A DNA stretch of 64,000 nt from an uncultured Bacteroides sp. (GCA_964528875.1 CAZGUI010000004.1:3627-67626); one strand, 5' to 3'. Positions 19,767 through 29,918 are shown, numbered from the stretch's first letter. Numbers and translations: made by a program. The notes: generated by a model not told the origin, from the letters alone.

Positions 19767-20222
19767 ATGTTAGCATTAAACTTACCAGAATACCCAATAA
19801 AAGTAAAGGAAGAAGCAGGTAAAAAAGTTGTTTTCGATGAAATAAGGAGACAGTATGTTGCGTTAACACCTGAAGAATGGGTAAGGCAACATTTTGTGCA
19901 TTTTTTAATAGAACACAAAGGGTACTCTAAATCACTCATGGGAAATGAAGTACTAGTTAAGTTGCATAATCAGAAGAAACGGTGCGACACTGTGGTTTAC
20001 AATAACCGCCTGGAACCATTGATGATTATTGAATATAAAGCTCCAGAAGTGAAAATAACTCAAGCTGTATTTAATCAAATTTGCAGGTATAACATTGTGC
20101 TTCGAGTGAAATATTTAATTGTAAGTAATGGATTACAACACTATTGCTGTGAATTAAATTATGATACTCTAAATTATCAATTCATCAATGAAATTCCCTT
20201 CTTCTCTGAATTGAAAAAGTAA
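19767..20222 (+). CDS. Stand-alone HsdR N-terminal-like PD-(D/E)xK nuclease-fold protein
   Basis: 151 aa. CDTVVYNNRLEPLMIIEYKAP fits the D...(D/E)xK core. No methylase or specificity gene is nearby. Confidence 0.65.
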   Translation: MLALNLPEYPIKVKEEAGKKVVFDEIRRQYVALTPEEWVRQHFVHFLIEHKGYSKSLMGNEVLVKLHNQKKRCDTVVYNNRLEPLMIIEYKAPEVKITQAVFNQICRYNIVLRVKYLIVSNGLQHYCCELNYDTLNYQFINEIPFFSELKK

Positions 20223-20238
20223 AATATTTAAAATAATT

Positions 20239-20814
20239 ATGACAGAAAAAGAGAAAGCAGCTAAAGGATTACTTTACGATGCGAATTTTGATAAAGAGAT
20301 TTTAGCCGAAAGAATGTATGCCAAAAACTTAACTTTTGAGTACAATCAAACCTCTCCTAATCAAGAAAAAGAACGTAAAGTAATACTTAATAAATTATTA
20401 GCTAAGTGTCCCAATAACATAATTATAGAGCCTCCATTTTACTGCGACTATGGATATAATATTGAGATTGGTGAGCAGTTCTTCTCCAATATGAATTTTG
20501 TAATTCTTGATGGAGCCAAAGTTACTATTGGTAAAAATGTTTTCATAGCTCCTAATGTAGCCATCTATACTGCCGGACACCCCATTTCTGTCCATCAGCG
20601 AATTACAGGATTGGAATATGCTTATCCTGTTACGATTGGAGATAATGTTTGGATAGGTGGAAATGTAGTTATACTTCCAGGGGTTACCATTGGCAAAAAT
20701 TGCGTGATTGGAGGTGGTAGTGTAGTCACTAAAGATATTCCGGAAAACACCGTTGCAGTCGGTAATCCTTGTAAAGTTTTGAGAGTATTAACAGCAGACG
20801 AGATAAAAGAATAA
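20239..20814 (+). CDS. maa: Maltose/galactoside O-acetyltransferase (hexapeptide-repeat)
   Basis: N-terminal Mac domain (MTEKEKAAKGLLYDAN) and left-handed beta-helix repeats (IGDNVWIGGNVVILPGVTIGKNCVIGGGSVV). Confidence 0.85.
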   Translation: MTEKEKAAKGLLYDANFDKEILAERMYAKNLTFEYNQTSPNQEKERKVILNKLLAKCPNNIIIEPPFYCDYGYNIEIGEQFFSNMNFVILDGAKVTIGKNVFIAPNVAIYTAGHPISVHQRITGLEYAYPVTIGDNVWIGGNVVILPGVTIGKNCVIGGGSVVTKDIPENTVAVGNPCKVLRVLTADEIKE

Positions 20815-20887
20815 TTTTTGACTTTAAGAGGCTATAAATTGCTCTAATTTAGTAACTTTGTGGTTTATTTATTGCAATAAGAAAATA

Positions 20888-21898
20888 ATGCATCAGCATA
20901 AATATGTGATTTTTCTTTCTGTTTTTTGGACATTCATGAGTTGTTCTCCAATAATACAAAAGAAAACAGAACTAGAGCAGATAGAAGATCTATTAGATTC
21001 TATAGAAGCTCAATCAATGGGGAAATTGGATTTCATTACTATCCAATTAAAAAAGGAACTTTTGTATGATAAATATACGTTAGATGATACGTATAGTTAT
21101 CAATCACAGGAACGAAGTTTTCAATGGGATAAAATTGAGAATAGATTGACTTATACCGAATACATACAGAATAGAAAACGTAATTGGGGAGTATTACAAA
21201 ACTACAGAAACCGAAATGGTGAAGCTGTTGTGGTTCCTAATTTTGTGAGAAATGCATACGGTAGGGTATCTGACACGCTAGGTGTTGAGCGTTATCAATC
21301 TGTACCTCTTTATTTCATTAATGATACAACTACTGCTATTCGTTACGGTAGAGATGGTTGGTTAGTTGAGGTTTTAGATACACTTTCTGACGATTTTGTT
21401 ACCCTTAGAGGTGTTTCCTTTAATGATACATGGAAAACGCCTAAACGATACATAAAACTATTAGGAGATACGCTTGTTTTCAATCATGTAATAGTGATAG
21501 ATGTTACCAATCAGAACATAGCGACACTTGATAAACAGTCTCCAACTTGGTCTATCCGAAGCATGAATCCTTCTACAACAGGTAGACACCGACCTCCTTA
21601 TGCACAAGAAACACCCACAGGATTATTTCTGTTACAAGAGAAAAAACCAAAGATGTATTATTTAAAAGATGGAACAACTCAACCTGGAGGTTTTGCACCT
21701 TTTGCTAGTCGTTTTACCAATGGAGCCTATATACACGGTGTACCTGTTGCCCATCCTGGTCGTTCCATCATTGAGTATAGCTATTCGTTAGGAACTACAC
21801 CTCGTTCACATATGTGTGTAAGAAATGTGTCTTCTCATGCACAGTTTATTTACGAATGGGGGCCATTAAATGAAACCCTTATTTATATCATCGATTAA
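20888..21898 (+). CDS. L,D-transpeptidase (YkuD) domain lipoprotein
   Basis: The track start at 20858 is a TTG. ATG at 20888 gives the lipoprotein signal MHQHKYVIFLSVFWTFMSC. YkuD catalytic region HGVPVAHPG...TPRSHMCVRN. Confidence 0.8.
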   Translation: MHQHKYVIFLSVFWTFMSCSPIIQKKTELEQIEDLLDSIEAQSMGKLDFITIQLKKELLYDKYTLDDTYSYQSQERSFQWDKIENRLTYTEYIQNRKRNWGVLQNYRNRNGEAVVVPNFVRNAYGRVSDTLGVERYQSVPLYFINDTTTAIRYGRDGWLVEVLDTLSDDFVTLRGVSFNDTWKTPKRYIKLLGDTLVFNHVIVIDVTNQNIATLDKQSPTWSIRSMNPSTTGRHRPPYAQETPTGLFLLQEKKPKMYYLKDGTTQPGGFAPFASRFTNGAYIHGVPVAHPGRSIIEYSYSLGTTPRSHMCVRNVSSHAQFIYEWGPLNETLIYIID

Positions 21899-21902
21899 TT
21901 TT

Positions 21903-22589
21903 ATGAAAAAAATCAAGTTTATAGCCTTATTCATCATCCTAACCATCACCTCTCTTCCACTATCTAAAGGTGAAGGCTACTCTTTATCTGAGGTTGAGCC
22001 ATTTCCTGCCGAGAGTGAAGTGCTATATACTGAAATGGGACTTAAAAATGCTATTACATACGATGTATTTAGATTAGCTTATCAAGGATTTAAGAAAATA
22101 GATGAACGCAAGAAGGATATACTTTCCATTGTTGATTTTAGTATGCCTTCCACTCAAAAAAGGTTACTGGTGTTAGATATGAATGCACATCGTGTTCTTT
22201 TTAATAGCCATGTCGCACACGGTAGAAATAGTGGATCGAATTATGCTACTGCTTTCTCCAACAAAGTGGGTTCTTATCAAAGCTCACTAGGGTTTTATAT
22301 CACAGAAAACACTTATCAAGGAGGTAATGGTTATTCTCTTATACTGGAAGGATTAGAGTGTGGTTTTAACGACAAAGCTAAAGAACGCGCAATTGTTATT
22401 CATGGGGCAGATTACTGTGAGTCTTCAGTTATATCCTCTAGTGGTCGATTAGGTCGCAGCTTAGGTTGCCCGGCACTCCCCCCTAAACTTTCACGTCCTG
22501 TAATTGATGCTATTAAAGGAGGGTCTGTACTTTTTATTTATGCTGATAATTCTAAATATTTGGCGCAAAGTTCTTATTTGAACGAATAG
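21903..22589 (+). CDS. Murein L,D-transpeptidase catalytic-domain family protein (YkuD_2-like)
   Basis: ATG at 21903 gives the signal peptide MKKIKFIALFIILTITSLPLS. VAHGRNSG and GRLGRSLGCPALP form the catalytic His/Cys region. Confidence 0.75.
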   Translation: MKKIKFIALFIILTITSLPLSKGEGYSLSEVEPFPAESEVLYTEMGLKNAITYDVFRLAYQGFKKIDERKKDILSIVDFSMPSTQKRLLVLDMNAHRVLFNSHVAHGRNSGSNYATAFSNKVGSYQSSLGFYITENTYQGGNGYSLILEGLECGFNDKAKERAIVIHGADYCESSVISSSGRLGRSLGCPALPPKLSRPVIDAIKGGSVLFIYADNSKYLAQSSYLNE

Positions 22590-22746
22590 TGGATATATAA
22601 CCTCTCCAACAAATTTCTGTTCTCCTATAATGACCATGGATAGATTTTAATTAAAAATTTCATTGGATTATGATATATAAATCATTAATGTTTTCTATCC
22701 AACAAAGAAAAGGAAGAGAACAGAATGATACTGAATAAAAGAGTTT

Positions 22747-22799
22747 AAAATCAAAAAGAGGATGAATCATATATAATGATGCATCCTCTTCTCTTTTTA
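22747..22799. terminator. Strong bidirectional intrinsic terminator
   Basis: AGAGGATG (22757-22764) pairs with CATCCTCT (22782-22789), extended by ATCAT/ATGAT around an ATATA loop. It is followed by TTTTGATTTT on the minus strand and TCTCTTTTTA on the plus strand. Confidence 0.75.
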
Positions 22800-23012
22800 T
22801 AAATAAGAAGCCGCATTGAGGGTGTGATAAAACTCCGAATGACAAGATTTGAGTGCCCACCTCTCTTTGTAATCCACCTCGTTAGTAAACTAACTACCCC
22901 GAAGGGCTATGGCCCGCCATCGAAAAATGAAGCATGTCTCGGTATTTTAAAATTATTGATGAGTTTCCCGATCCTTACCAATGCGGCTAATACCTTTTTC
23001 AATGAACTCTCT
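22748..23012 (-). ncRNA. Candidate stand-alone structured sRNA, family not recognised
   Basis: Consensus promoter just upstream (23017-23047). 10-bp terminal helix AGCCGCATTG/CAATGCGGCT (22979-22988 with 22809-22818). Minus-strand hairpins CCC-UUCG-GGG and GUUAG-UUUA-CUAAC. Terminator at 22757-22789. No credible ORF. Confidence 0.45.
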
Positions 23013-23016
23013 ATAA

Positions 23017-23047
23017 CAAATATAACTACTTTCATTCAATAAACAAA
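23017..23047 (-). promoter_or_regulatory. Bacteroidota-type promoter TTTG-N19-TATATTTG
   Basis: On the minus strand, TTTG (23044-23047), a 19-nt spacer, then TATATTTG (23017-23024). This matches the established -33/-7 consensus TTTG / TAnnTTTG. Confidence 0.55.
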
Positions 23048-23279
23048 TAATTATAGCATATTATTTCATTTATTTTTATCAGACAAAACAGGTTTCACTT
23101 CAGCCTCCAATAACACTTTGAGTACTACTTCATTGTATTCATTATTTTTTTCTGTTGAAATAAGACAATGAAAAAACGGTTTAACTCAAAAGAGCCTCAA
23201 AGCATAACAAATCTCTTAACACACATTGAGAAACATTCAACTTAAACATCAATGAAAGAATAAAAATCAGATGCAACAT

Positions 23280-24890
23280 CTACTTTTTATACACAAAATT
23301 TAAGTCTAATGAGGTTTCTTTAGACTTCACATCAAACTGATAGAACAGCCTAAAATTCTTTAATACCTCCGAATAGTATAAAACAACTGAAGGCAATATA
23401 AAACCACTATAGTGATTTGGTTTATCTAATAGCAGATCAAAATCCATATAGCCACTCAGTTGATAGTCTGATTTTAAGTGTAAGTTTTCAAATTCTTCAG
23501 TAAATACCTTTAAAGTATCAGAAGTTTCAATAAAACTGATATAGTTAACCAAACTATGCATTTGAGTTGAAATTAAAAGATTGTTTTGGTAAACAATAGC
23601 ATAATCATAATCGATGCCACTGGTTATATCACCTGTGAATTGATTTAATATTTGATTGATAGGCAAAGAATAAATAGTATATGCTTCACCATGAATCCAT
23701 TTTAATCTTCTAGGTGGCATTTGTTTATCGTCACGTTTTGCCTTAAAATAGAAATCTATCAGTTTTTGTTTAGCTGTTAAGGGTTCTTTCAAAGGAAAAA
23801 TCATTAGTGTATGGCAAGAATCTGCTTGTATGGAGTCTTTAAATTGTATTCCCGTTAAATTATCCGTTATTTGTTGTGCTAAAAACTCCTGAAGAATCAA
23901 CGTGTTTACTTTACTTTGACTAACATTCATTGAATCTGTGGCAACATCAGATTTAAAATAATAATCAAAAACAGCCTGAATGTTACTTACAGACCAATGT
24001 GACAAATAGCAGGTAGTTGATGGGATTTGTGGTATTTTTGATACAGAGGTTTTCTCTTGAAGTGCCAAAACATGATTTAAAGATTGTACTATAGAATCGG
24101 ATGTTTCAGACACACCTTTACAGAAAACTCCCTGAGATTTCATCTGAAAATCAAATGCCACCCAATCACAAATGTTTCTTGCAAGAGTAAATTTCTTTCC
24201 ATAAACAACACTATCTAGTTTTAAATAAAGATTAGATTTATGCTTAACTGTTTCTATGCAATTAGAATAAAATGAAGGATTTGTCAATATAGAGGTTTCG
24301 TCAAGGTATGTATCAATAACCTTCTCAATTAACTTTTTCTGAAAACTAACAGCAAAATACCTGGGTGTTAAATAAAAAGCTAAAAAATCACCGGAATCCA
24401 AAGTATAAATTCTTATTTCTTCCCCTCTATACATAAACAGCTTATAAGGAAAAGATTCTTCCACATTACGCTTTAAGTATTTTTGTAAAGCATTGTATCC
24501 TTTTCTGCTTAGCTTAGAGAAAAACACTTGATCTAAATGGGTGTACGGAGCGTGAAAGCTGATTAATACTTCGTTTGATTGATTTACTTTATTATCTAGT
24601 TTTGATGTAAAAGGTGTGAAATGTTGCAATGTCAAGTTGAGTAATTTTGAGTCAAAAACAGAATTACTCAACTTGTCTTTTATATTATTACTCAGTAGGT
24701 GAGCACAAACATCATCATATTCTTCGGTTACAAGAACAGCTTTGGTATCATTAGGAATTAATGTATAAATATTAAATTCTCTATCGTGCTCAGCATCAGA
24801 AATACCAAAGTAAAAAAAGCAGGCTAATAGTATAGCTAGAAGAAAAAAAGTAGCTAGAAGTATTTTCTTAAAGTTTGTTTTAGCTTTCAT
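23280..24890 (-). CDS. Hypothetical membrane-anchored protein
   Basis: 536-aa ORF with an N-terminal TM anchor (ILLATFFLLAILLACFFYF). No motif I recognise. Confidence 0.75.
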   Translation of the reverse strand: MKAKTNFKKILLATFFLLAILLACFFYFGISDAEHDREFNIYTLIPNDTKAVLVTEEYDDVCAHLLSNNIKDKLSNSVFDSKLLNLTLQHFTPFTSKLDNKVNQSNEVLISFHAPYTHLDQVFFSKLSRKGYNALQKYLKRNVEESFPYKLFMYRGEEIRIYTLDSGDFLAFYLTPRYFAVSFQKKLIEKVIDTYLDETSILTNPSFYSNCIETVKHKSNLYLKLDSVVYGKKFTLARNICDWVAFDFQMKSQGVFCKGVSETSDSIVQSLNHVLALQEKTSVSKIPQIPSTTCYLSHWSVSNIQAVFDYYFKSDVATDSMNVSQSKVNTLILQEFLAQQITDNLTGIQFKDSIQADSCHTLMIFPLKEPLTAKQKLIDFYFKAKRDDKQMPPRRLKWIHGEAYTIYSLPINQILNQFTGDITSGIDYDYAIVYQNNLLISTQMHSLVNYISFIETSDTLKVFTEEFENLHLKSDYQLSGYMDFDLLLDKPNHYSGFILPSVVLYYSEVLKNFRLFYQFDVKSKETSLDLNFVYKK

Positions 24891-24958
24891 TATTTTTGAT
24901 TAAAAAATAAAATGGATAGAAATTAGTAAATTAAAAGGACACAAACAAAACTTAGGCA

Positions 24959-25711
24959 TTAAATCTCTAAGTCATCATACGCAAAGAACACGCCATTAGG
25001 TAGCTGCTTCTCCATTTCAGCATGAAGTCCTATGTTATGACTCATATGTATTAAGTAGGTCTCTTGTGCCTGAATGCGATGAGCAAAGCTTAATGCTTCA
25101 TCTAAAGATTGATGTGTAGGGTGTTTCTGCACCCTTAGCGCATTAACTATTAACACATTTACGTTTTTCAATACATTATAAGTTTCATTTGGCACAGTAA
25201 GCATATCAGTTATATATGCTACATCATTTAATCTATAGCCTAGAATAGGAAGCTTTCCATGCATTACACGTATAGGTGTTATTTCAATGTCCCCAATAGA
25301 AAAAGAGTCATTTACTGCAATCTCACTCAAATGAATACGGGGAACACCCTCATACTTACTTTCAGCAAAACAATAAGGTATCCTATTGCGAATTCTATTA
25401 GATACCACATCCTCAGCATAAACTTCTACATCTCCAAAAACAGAATAAGATCGTAAGTCATCTAATCCGCCAACATGATCATAGTGTTCATGTGTTATTA
25501 AAACACCATCTAATTTTCGAAATGGGATTTTTAGCATCTGTTGTCTAAAATCAGGACCACAATCAATTAATATTGAAGTGCTATCTGTATAAAAAAGAGC
25601 AGATGTTCTTAAGCGCTGATCTCTAGTGTCTGATGATGAGCACACTGGACACTCACATCCAATTTGAGGGACACCGGTAGATGTACCTGTTCCCAAAAAA
25701 CGTACGTTCAT
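24959..25711 (-). CDS. MBL-fold metallo-hydrolase (PhnP-like)
   Basis: THEHYDHVGGLDDL (HxHxDH motif). N-terminal Cys cluster CECPVC as in PhnP-type enzymes. Confidence 0.85.
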   Translation of the reverse strand: MNVRFLGTGTSTGVPQIGCECPVCSSSDTRDQRLRTSALFYTDSTSILIDCGPDFRQQMLKIPFRKLDGVLITHEHYDHVGGLDDLRSYSVFGDVEVYAEDVVSNRIRNRIPYCFAESKYEGVPRIHLSEIAVNDSFSIGDIEITPIRVMHGKLPILGYRLNDVAYITDMLTVPNETYNVLKNVNVLIVNALRVQKHPTHQSLDEALSFAHRIQAQETYLIHMSHNIGLHAEMEKQLPNGVFFAYDDLEI

Positions 25712-25712
25712 A

Positions 25713-26723
25713 CTATAATTGTCCTATGTAATTAACCTCAGGATAAAGCATAACTGCAAAATTTTCTTTAACTGACTCTTGAATAGATCGAGCTAAATGA
25801 TATACTTCAGAACCTGTTGCTCCCCCATAGTTGATTAACACCAATGCTTGTTTAGGATAAACTCCAACATTTCCTATCCGTTTTCCTTTCCATCCACATT
25901 GATCAATCATCCATGCTGCCGGAATTTTATATTGATTATTGGGTAATTTATAAAAAGGCACATTAGGGTATTTTGCTTGAAGATTCATAAAAAAGCCTTC
26001 ATCTACTACAGGATTCATAAAGAAACTCCCTCCATTACCTATATCGGATGGATTGGGTAGTTTTTCTTCTCGTATTTTTATGATTACCTCTCTTACTTTT
26101 TGCAGTGTTACAGGGGCATCACAAAGTTCCTTGCGCACACTTCCATAATCTAAATGATATTGTTCTTTTTTACTTAAAATTAGGTTTACATAAGTAATAA
26201 AAGTACTCTTATTCTCTTGTTTCTTAAATCGACTCATGCGATAAGAATAATCGCACGCTGCAACAGGAACTATTTCTTTCTTTCCTTCACTAGTAACTGT
26301 TTCAACCGACTCAATGAAATCTTTTATTTCAACTCCGTAAGCTCCAATATTTTGTACTGCAGCTGCACCCACTTCACCGGGTATCAAAGAGAGGTTTTCT
26401 GTGCCATACCATTTTTCTTCTACACAATATGCCACAAATTCATCCCAGTTCTCACCAGCACCAACCTTAACCCATACTGCATCTACTGATTCCTTGGTTA
26501 CTTCTACTCCACGTATTGCTGAGTGTAAAATAAGTCCATCATAATCTGTCAAAAAAAGAAGGTTGCTACCTTCTCCTATATGTAAAAACGGGGTTTTAAG
26601 TCTTCCTTCTGAGATGAACTGAATTAATTCACCTTCACTATTATATTCTATAAAATGTTTCGCTTTAACATCAATACCAAACGTATTGTGTTTCAACAAA
26701 GAATAATTTTCTTTTTCTATCAT
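25713..26723 (-). CDS. murB: UDP-N-acetylmuramate dehydrogenase
   Basis: FAD-binding domain HIGEGSNLLF, and the C-terminal motifs GSFFMNP and AAWMIDQCGWKGKRIG. Confidence 0.92.
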   Translation of the reverse strand: MIEKENYSLLKHNTFGIDVKAKHFIEYNSEGELIQFISEGRLKTPFLHIGEGSNLLFLTDYDGLILHSAIRGVEVTKESVDAVWVKVGAGENWDEFVAYCVEEKWYGTENLSLIPGEVGAAAVQNIGAYGVEIKDFIESVETVTSEGKKEIVPVAACDYSYRMSRFKKQENKSTFITYVNLILSKKEQYHLDYGSVRKELCDAPVTLQKVREVIIKIREEKLPNPSDIGNGGSFFMNPVVDEGFFMNLQAKYPNVPFYKLPNNQYKIPAAWMIDQCGWKGKRIGNVGVYPKQALVLINYGGATGSEVYHLARSIQESVKENFAVMLYPEVNYIGQL

Positions 26724-26741
26724 TCTTCACTTTTTTATTTT

Positions 26742-27611
26742 TTAGATACTTGTATCTTCAAATTTAAATAATTTCCATTTGCCTTTTTCTTTTACAAAAG
26801 AGAGTGCATTAAAAAAGCCATTCCCTATTCCTCTAAACACTATAATTTTCTGAGAGGAGAGATCTTGACTATTTTGTCCATAATTAATATTAAATAGTTT
26901 ATCCTTGGGCATGGGTGGCTGAAAAGCAAACCATTGACCTGTTTCTAATTGTGTTTCTAAAATAGAGAAATCATCATCCGGATCTATTGTAGTAAATAAT
27001 AATGGTGTTTTTATGCGTTCAGCTTGAAAAACGCTATCTCTGGAAAACTGAGTATAGAAATCAAAGAAGTCTTCCTCTTTGCTCTTCTCCATTTCTCTTA
27101 AATTAATTGCTTCTAAAAACCACAATTCATTAATTCTCTCAAAGTAATATTTCTTTACCTTCTGTTCATTTAATAAATACCACTCTAACTGTACAGATTT
27201 AGAAGAGAGACTGTCAATACTATCCATTGCTTCTTCTGTATCAAACAATAAAGTGTAATAGTAGTTGTTTATAAATAAGCTGTCGTGTACCCACTCTTCT
27301 TCTTTAATGCGAACCACACCATCACCATCATAATAGGGTAAAGGGAAAATGATTCTTTTAAGTTGCATTTCAGAATTTGAGGCAAAAGAATAGATAAAAT
27401 CATCGAAGGTTCCGTCCGATTCCTCTACAACAGTATCTCCGATGAGGAATTGATACAATTCTTTTTCTTTCTCTTTTTCTTTATTTATTGCATTTGTATC
27501 TTCTACAACAACAGCAAAATCTGATCGGGTTGAAGAAGAAGATTCACTTTTTCTTCCACAACTCACCATAAAAAGGGTCAAATATAAAATTATAGGTAAA
27601 GACTTTCTCAT
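26742..27611 (-). CDS. Hypothetical lipoprotein
   Basis: Lipobox LFMVSCGRK. 289-aa ORF with no recognised motif. Confidence 0.7.
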   Translation of the reverse strand: MRKSLPIILYLTLFMVSCGRKSESSSSTRSDFAVVVEDTNAINKEKEKEKELYQFLIGDTVVEESDGTFDDFIYSFASNSEMQLKRIIFPLPYYDGDGVVRIKEEEWVHDSLFINNYYYTLLFDTEEAMDSIDSLSSKSVQLEWYLLNEQKVKKYYFERINELWFLEAINLREMEKSKEEDFFDFYTQFSRDSVFQAERIKTPLLFTTIDPDDDFSILETQLETGQWFAFQPPMPKDKLFNINYGQNSQDLSSQKIIVFRGIGNGFFNALSFVKEKGKWKLFKFEDTSI

Positions 27612-27862
27612 TTGTACACCAAGATAAGAATTAATTGCTGACTCTTAAATTCTTTCAGAGCAAAACAAGTTTTTTTCTACTTTTTACCCTTACCAGCATT
27701 CTTTTTTACTGATATATTTTAACACTAATATTCATAAACATAAATCTTTTAGGCTTATGAAATGATTGACAACAAAGTTAAATACTTTTTTGCATCTTAA
27801 TGCAAGATAGCTGTTGTTTATTCAAAGAAAAAGAGTGTTATTTGTTAGTAAATACAACTGAT

Positions 27863-28681
27863 ATGATTACATTTTCAAATGCAAAAATAAATATAGGGTT
27901 AAATATAATAGGTAAACGACTGGATGGGTATCACAATTTAGAAACTGTGTTCTACCCTATTCCTATTGAAGACCCTCTGGAGATACATATTAATGACAAG
28001 TCCGATTCAACAATTAGTCTTTTTACTTTTGGGAAAAAAATAGATGGAGATATCTCCTCTAATTTAGTGGTAAAGGCATATGAATTACTTAAAAAAGATT
28101 TTGAATTACCTTCGGTTAATGTCTATTTATATAAAAATATCCCTTCGGGAGCCGGATTAGGAGGTGGTTCATCCAATGCTTCTTTTGCCATTAAATTATT
28201 AAATAAAAAGTTTAATTTGAATCTTTCCAATCAACAAATGGAGGATTATGCAAAACAATTAGGAGCCGATTGTCCATTCTTTATCCAAAATAAACCGGTC
28301 TTTGCCGAAGGTATTGGCGAGCTTTTTACTCCTATACCTTTAGATTTAAGAGGGTATAAGCTTGTTCTTATTAAACCTCAGCTATTTGTTTCAACCCAAG
28401 AGGCTTTTCAGGGAATTCAACCTCATCAAGCAGAAAACTTACTTTTAGATTGTATAAAACTACCCATACATAAGTGGAAAGATTATATATTCAATGATTT
28501 TGAACGTCCGTTATTCAAATCCCACCCTGAACTAAAAGAGATAAAAACTTTTTTATATGATTCGGGAGCTATTTATGCCTCAGTGAGTGGTTCCGGACCA
28601 TCTATTTATGGAATATTCAAAGCACAAGACTCTCTTCCTGATCTATCTGCCTTTGAAGAGTTTTACATCTGTGACTTATAA
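27863..28681 (+). CDS. ispE: 4-(cytidine 5'-diphospho)-2-C-methyl-D-erythritol kinase
   Basis: MITFSNAKINIGLNI start typical of IspE. GHMP kinase motif IPSGAGLGGGSSNA. The longer track ORF (27800) adds an atypical Cys-rich extension. Confidence 0.9.
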   Translation: MITFSNAKINIGLNIIGKRLDGYHNLETVFYPIPIEDPLEIHINDKSDSTISLFTFGKKIDGDISSNLVVKAYELLKKDFELPSVNVYLYKNIPSGAGLGGGSSNASFAIKLLNKKFNLNLSNQQMEDYAKQLGADCPFFIQNKPVFAEGIGELFTPIPLDLRGYKLVLIKPQLFVSTQEAFQGIQPHQAENLLLDCIKLPIHKWKDYIFNDFERPLFKSHPELKEIKTFLYDSGAIYASVSGSGPSIYGIFKAQDSLPDLSAFEEFYICDL

Positions 28682-28766
28682 CAGCTATAAATGAAAACGG
28701 TACCTCGATTTTGCATCGAAGCACCGTTTAACACAAACACAAAATAAAACACGACAAAACTACTAT

Positions 28767-28823
28767 GTAGTTAAAGTTAGAACAGAATGATAGATTTATG
28801 TTCTACTTATTTGCTTTAACTAC
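28767..28823. terminator. Long imperfect hairpin between convergent ispE and galE
   Basis: GTAGTTAAAG (28767-28776) pairs with CTTTAACTAC (28814-28823). An inner TAGAACA/TGTTCTA pairing extends it. Confidence 0.4.
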
Positions 28824-28883
28824 AACTACTAAACGTTAGTCTTTTCTATTTTGTTCAATAAAACTTATTTTTTAACTATTCTT

Positions 28884-29918
28884 TTATTGTATTCCTCTTT
28901 CTCTCAATTTAAGCTGCCAATTCCATGCAGAAAGTAGTGTGTCTTCTATTGAAGTTTCTGCTTTCCAACCTAATTCTGTGTTGGCAAACTCAGGATCTGC
29001 CCATACTTGTTCTATGTCCCCGGCTCTACGTTCAGTGATTTCATAATTCAACTTAACCCCTGTTGCTTTTTCAAAGGCAGCAATCAGTTCTAAAACAGAT
29101 AGCCCATTCCCTGTGCCTATATTAAACACCTCAACTTCTTTCTTCTGCTTATCATTTAATATTCTGTCAATAGCTACAACATGTGCTTGAGCTAAATCCA
29201 CAACATTAATAAAGTCTCTTATACACGATCCGTCAGGAGTATTATAATCGTCACCGAATACACTGAGTTTCTCACGAAGACCTATTGCTGTTTGAGTTAT
29301 ATAAGGAATTAGGTTTTGAGGTACTCCTAAAGGTAATTCTCCAATTAAAGCAGATGGATGAGCACCAATAGGGTTAAAATAACGAAGTAAGATAGATTTA
29401 ATAGGTGCTCCTGACTTCACTGTATCTTGAATAATTTCCTCATTAATCTGTTTTGTGTTTCCATAAGGAGACTCTGCCACTTTAATAGGTGCTTTTTCTG
29501 TTACAGGTAACACATCGGGTTGCCCATACACTGTACAAGAAGATGAGAAAACAATTCCTTCCACATTATATTTAGGCATTAATTCTAATAAATTAATTAA
29601 TGACACTAAGTTGTTTCTATAATATAATAAGGGTTTTTGAACAGACTCTCCTACTGCTTTGCTTGCTGCAAAATGAATGATGGCTTTAATATCATTGTGT
29701 TTTTGAAAAAGAGCTTCTAAACCATCGTAGTCAAGGCAATCTAATTTTTCAAAAATAGGACGAATGCCTGATACTTTCTCTATGTTATCTACTACATCAG
29801 CTCCGGAATTAGATAGATTATCTATAATAACCACCTCATATCCATTGTTTTGAAGTTCAACAACAGTATGAGAGCCAATGTAACCTGTTCCACCTGTTAC
29901 TAAAATTTTTTGTTTCAT
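28884..29918 (-). CDS. galE: UDP-glucose 4-epimerase
   Basis: MKQKILVTGGTGYIGSH Rossmann start (ATG at 29918), the SSSCTVYG region and YGNTK (the YxxxK catalytic motif). Confidence 0.92.
   Translation of the reverse strand: MKQKILVTGGTGYIGSHTVVELQNNGYEVVIIDNLSNSGADVVDNIEKVSGIRPIFEKLDCLDYDGLEALFQKHNDIKAIIHFAASKAVGESVQKPLLYYRNNLVSLINLLELMPKYNVEGIVFSSSCTVYGQPDVLPVTEKAPIKVAESPYGNTKQINEEIIQDTVKSGAPIKSILLRYFNPIGAHPSALIGELPLGVPQNLIPYITQTAIGLREKLSVFGDDYNTPDGSCIRDFINVVDLAQAHVVAIDRILNDKQKKEVEVFNIGTGNGLSVLELIAAFEKATGVKLNYEITERRAGDIEQVWADPEFANTELGWKAETSIEDTLLSAWNWQLKLRERGIQ

Noticed and set aside
22660-23042. ORFs 22660-22860 (-) and 22824-23042 (+) in the large intergenic gap.
   Set aside because: They overlap the terminator hairpin and the helices of the candidate sRNA. 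They have no recognisable domains and mutually overlap on opposite strands.
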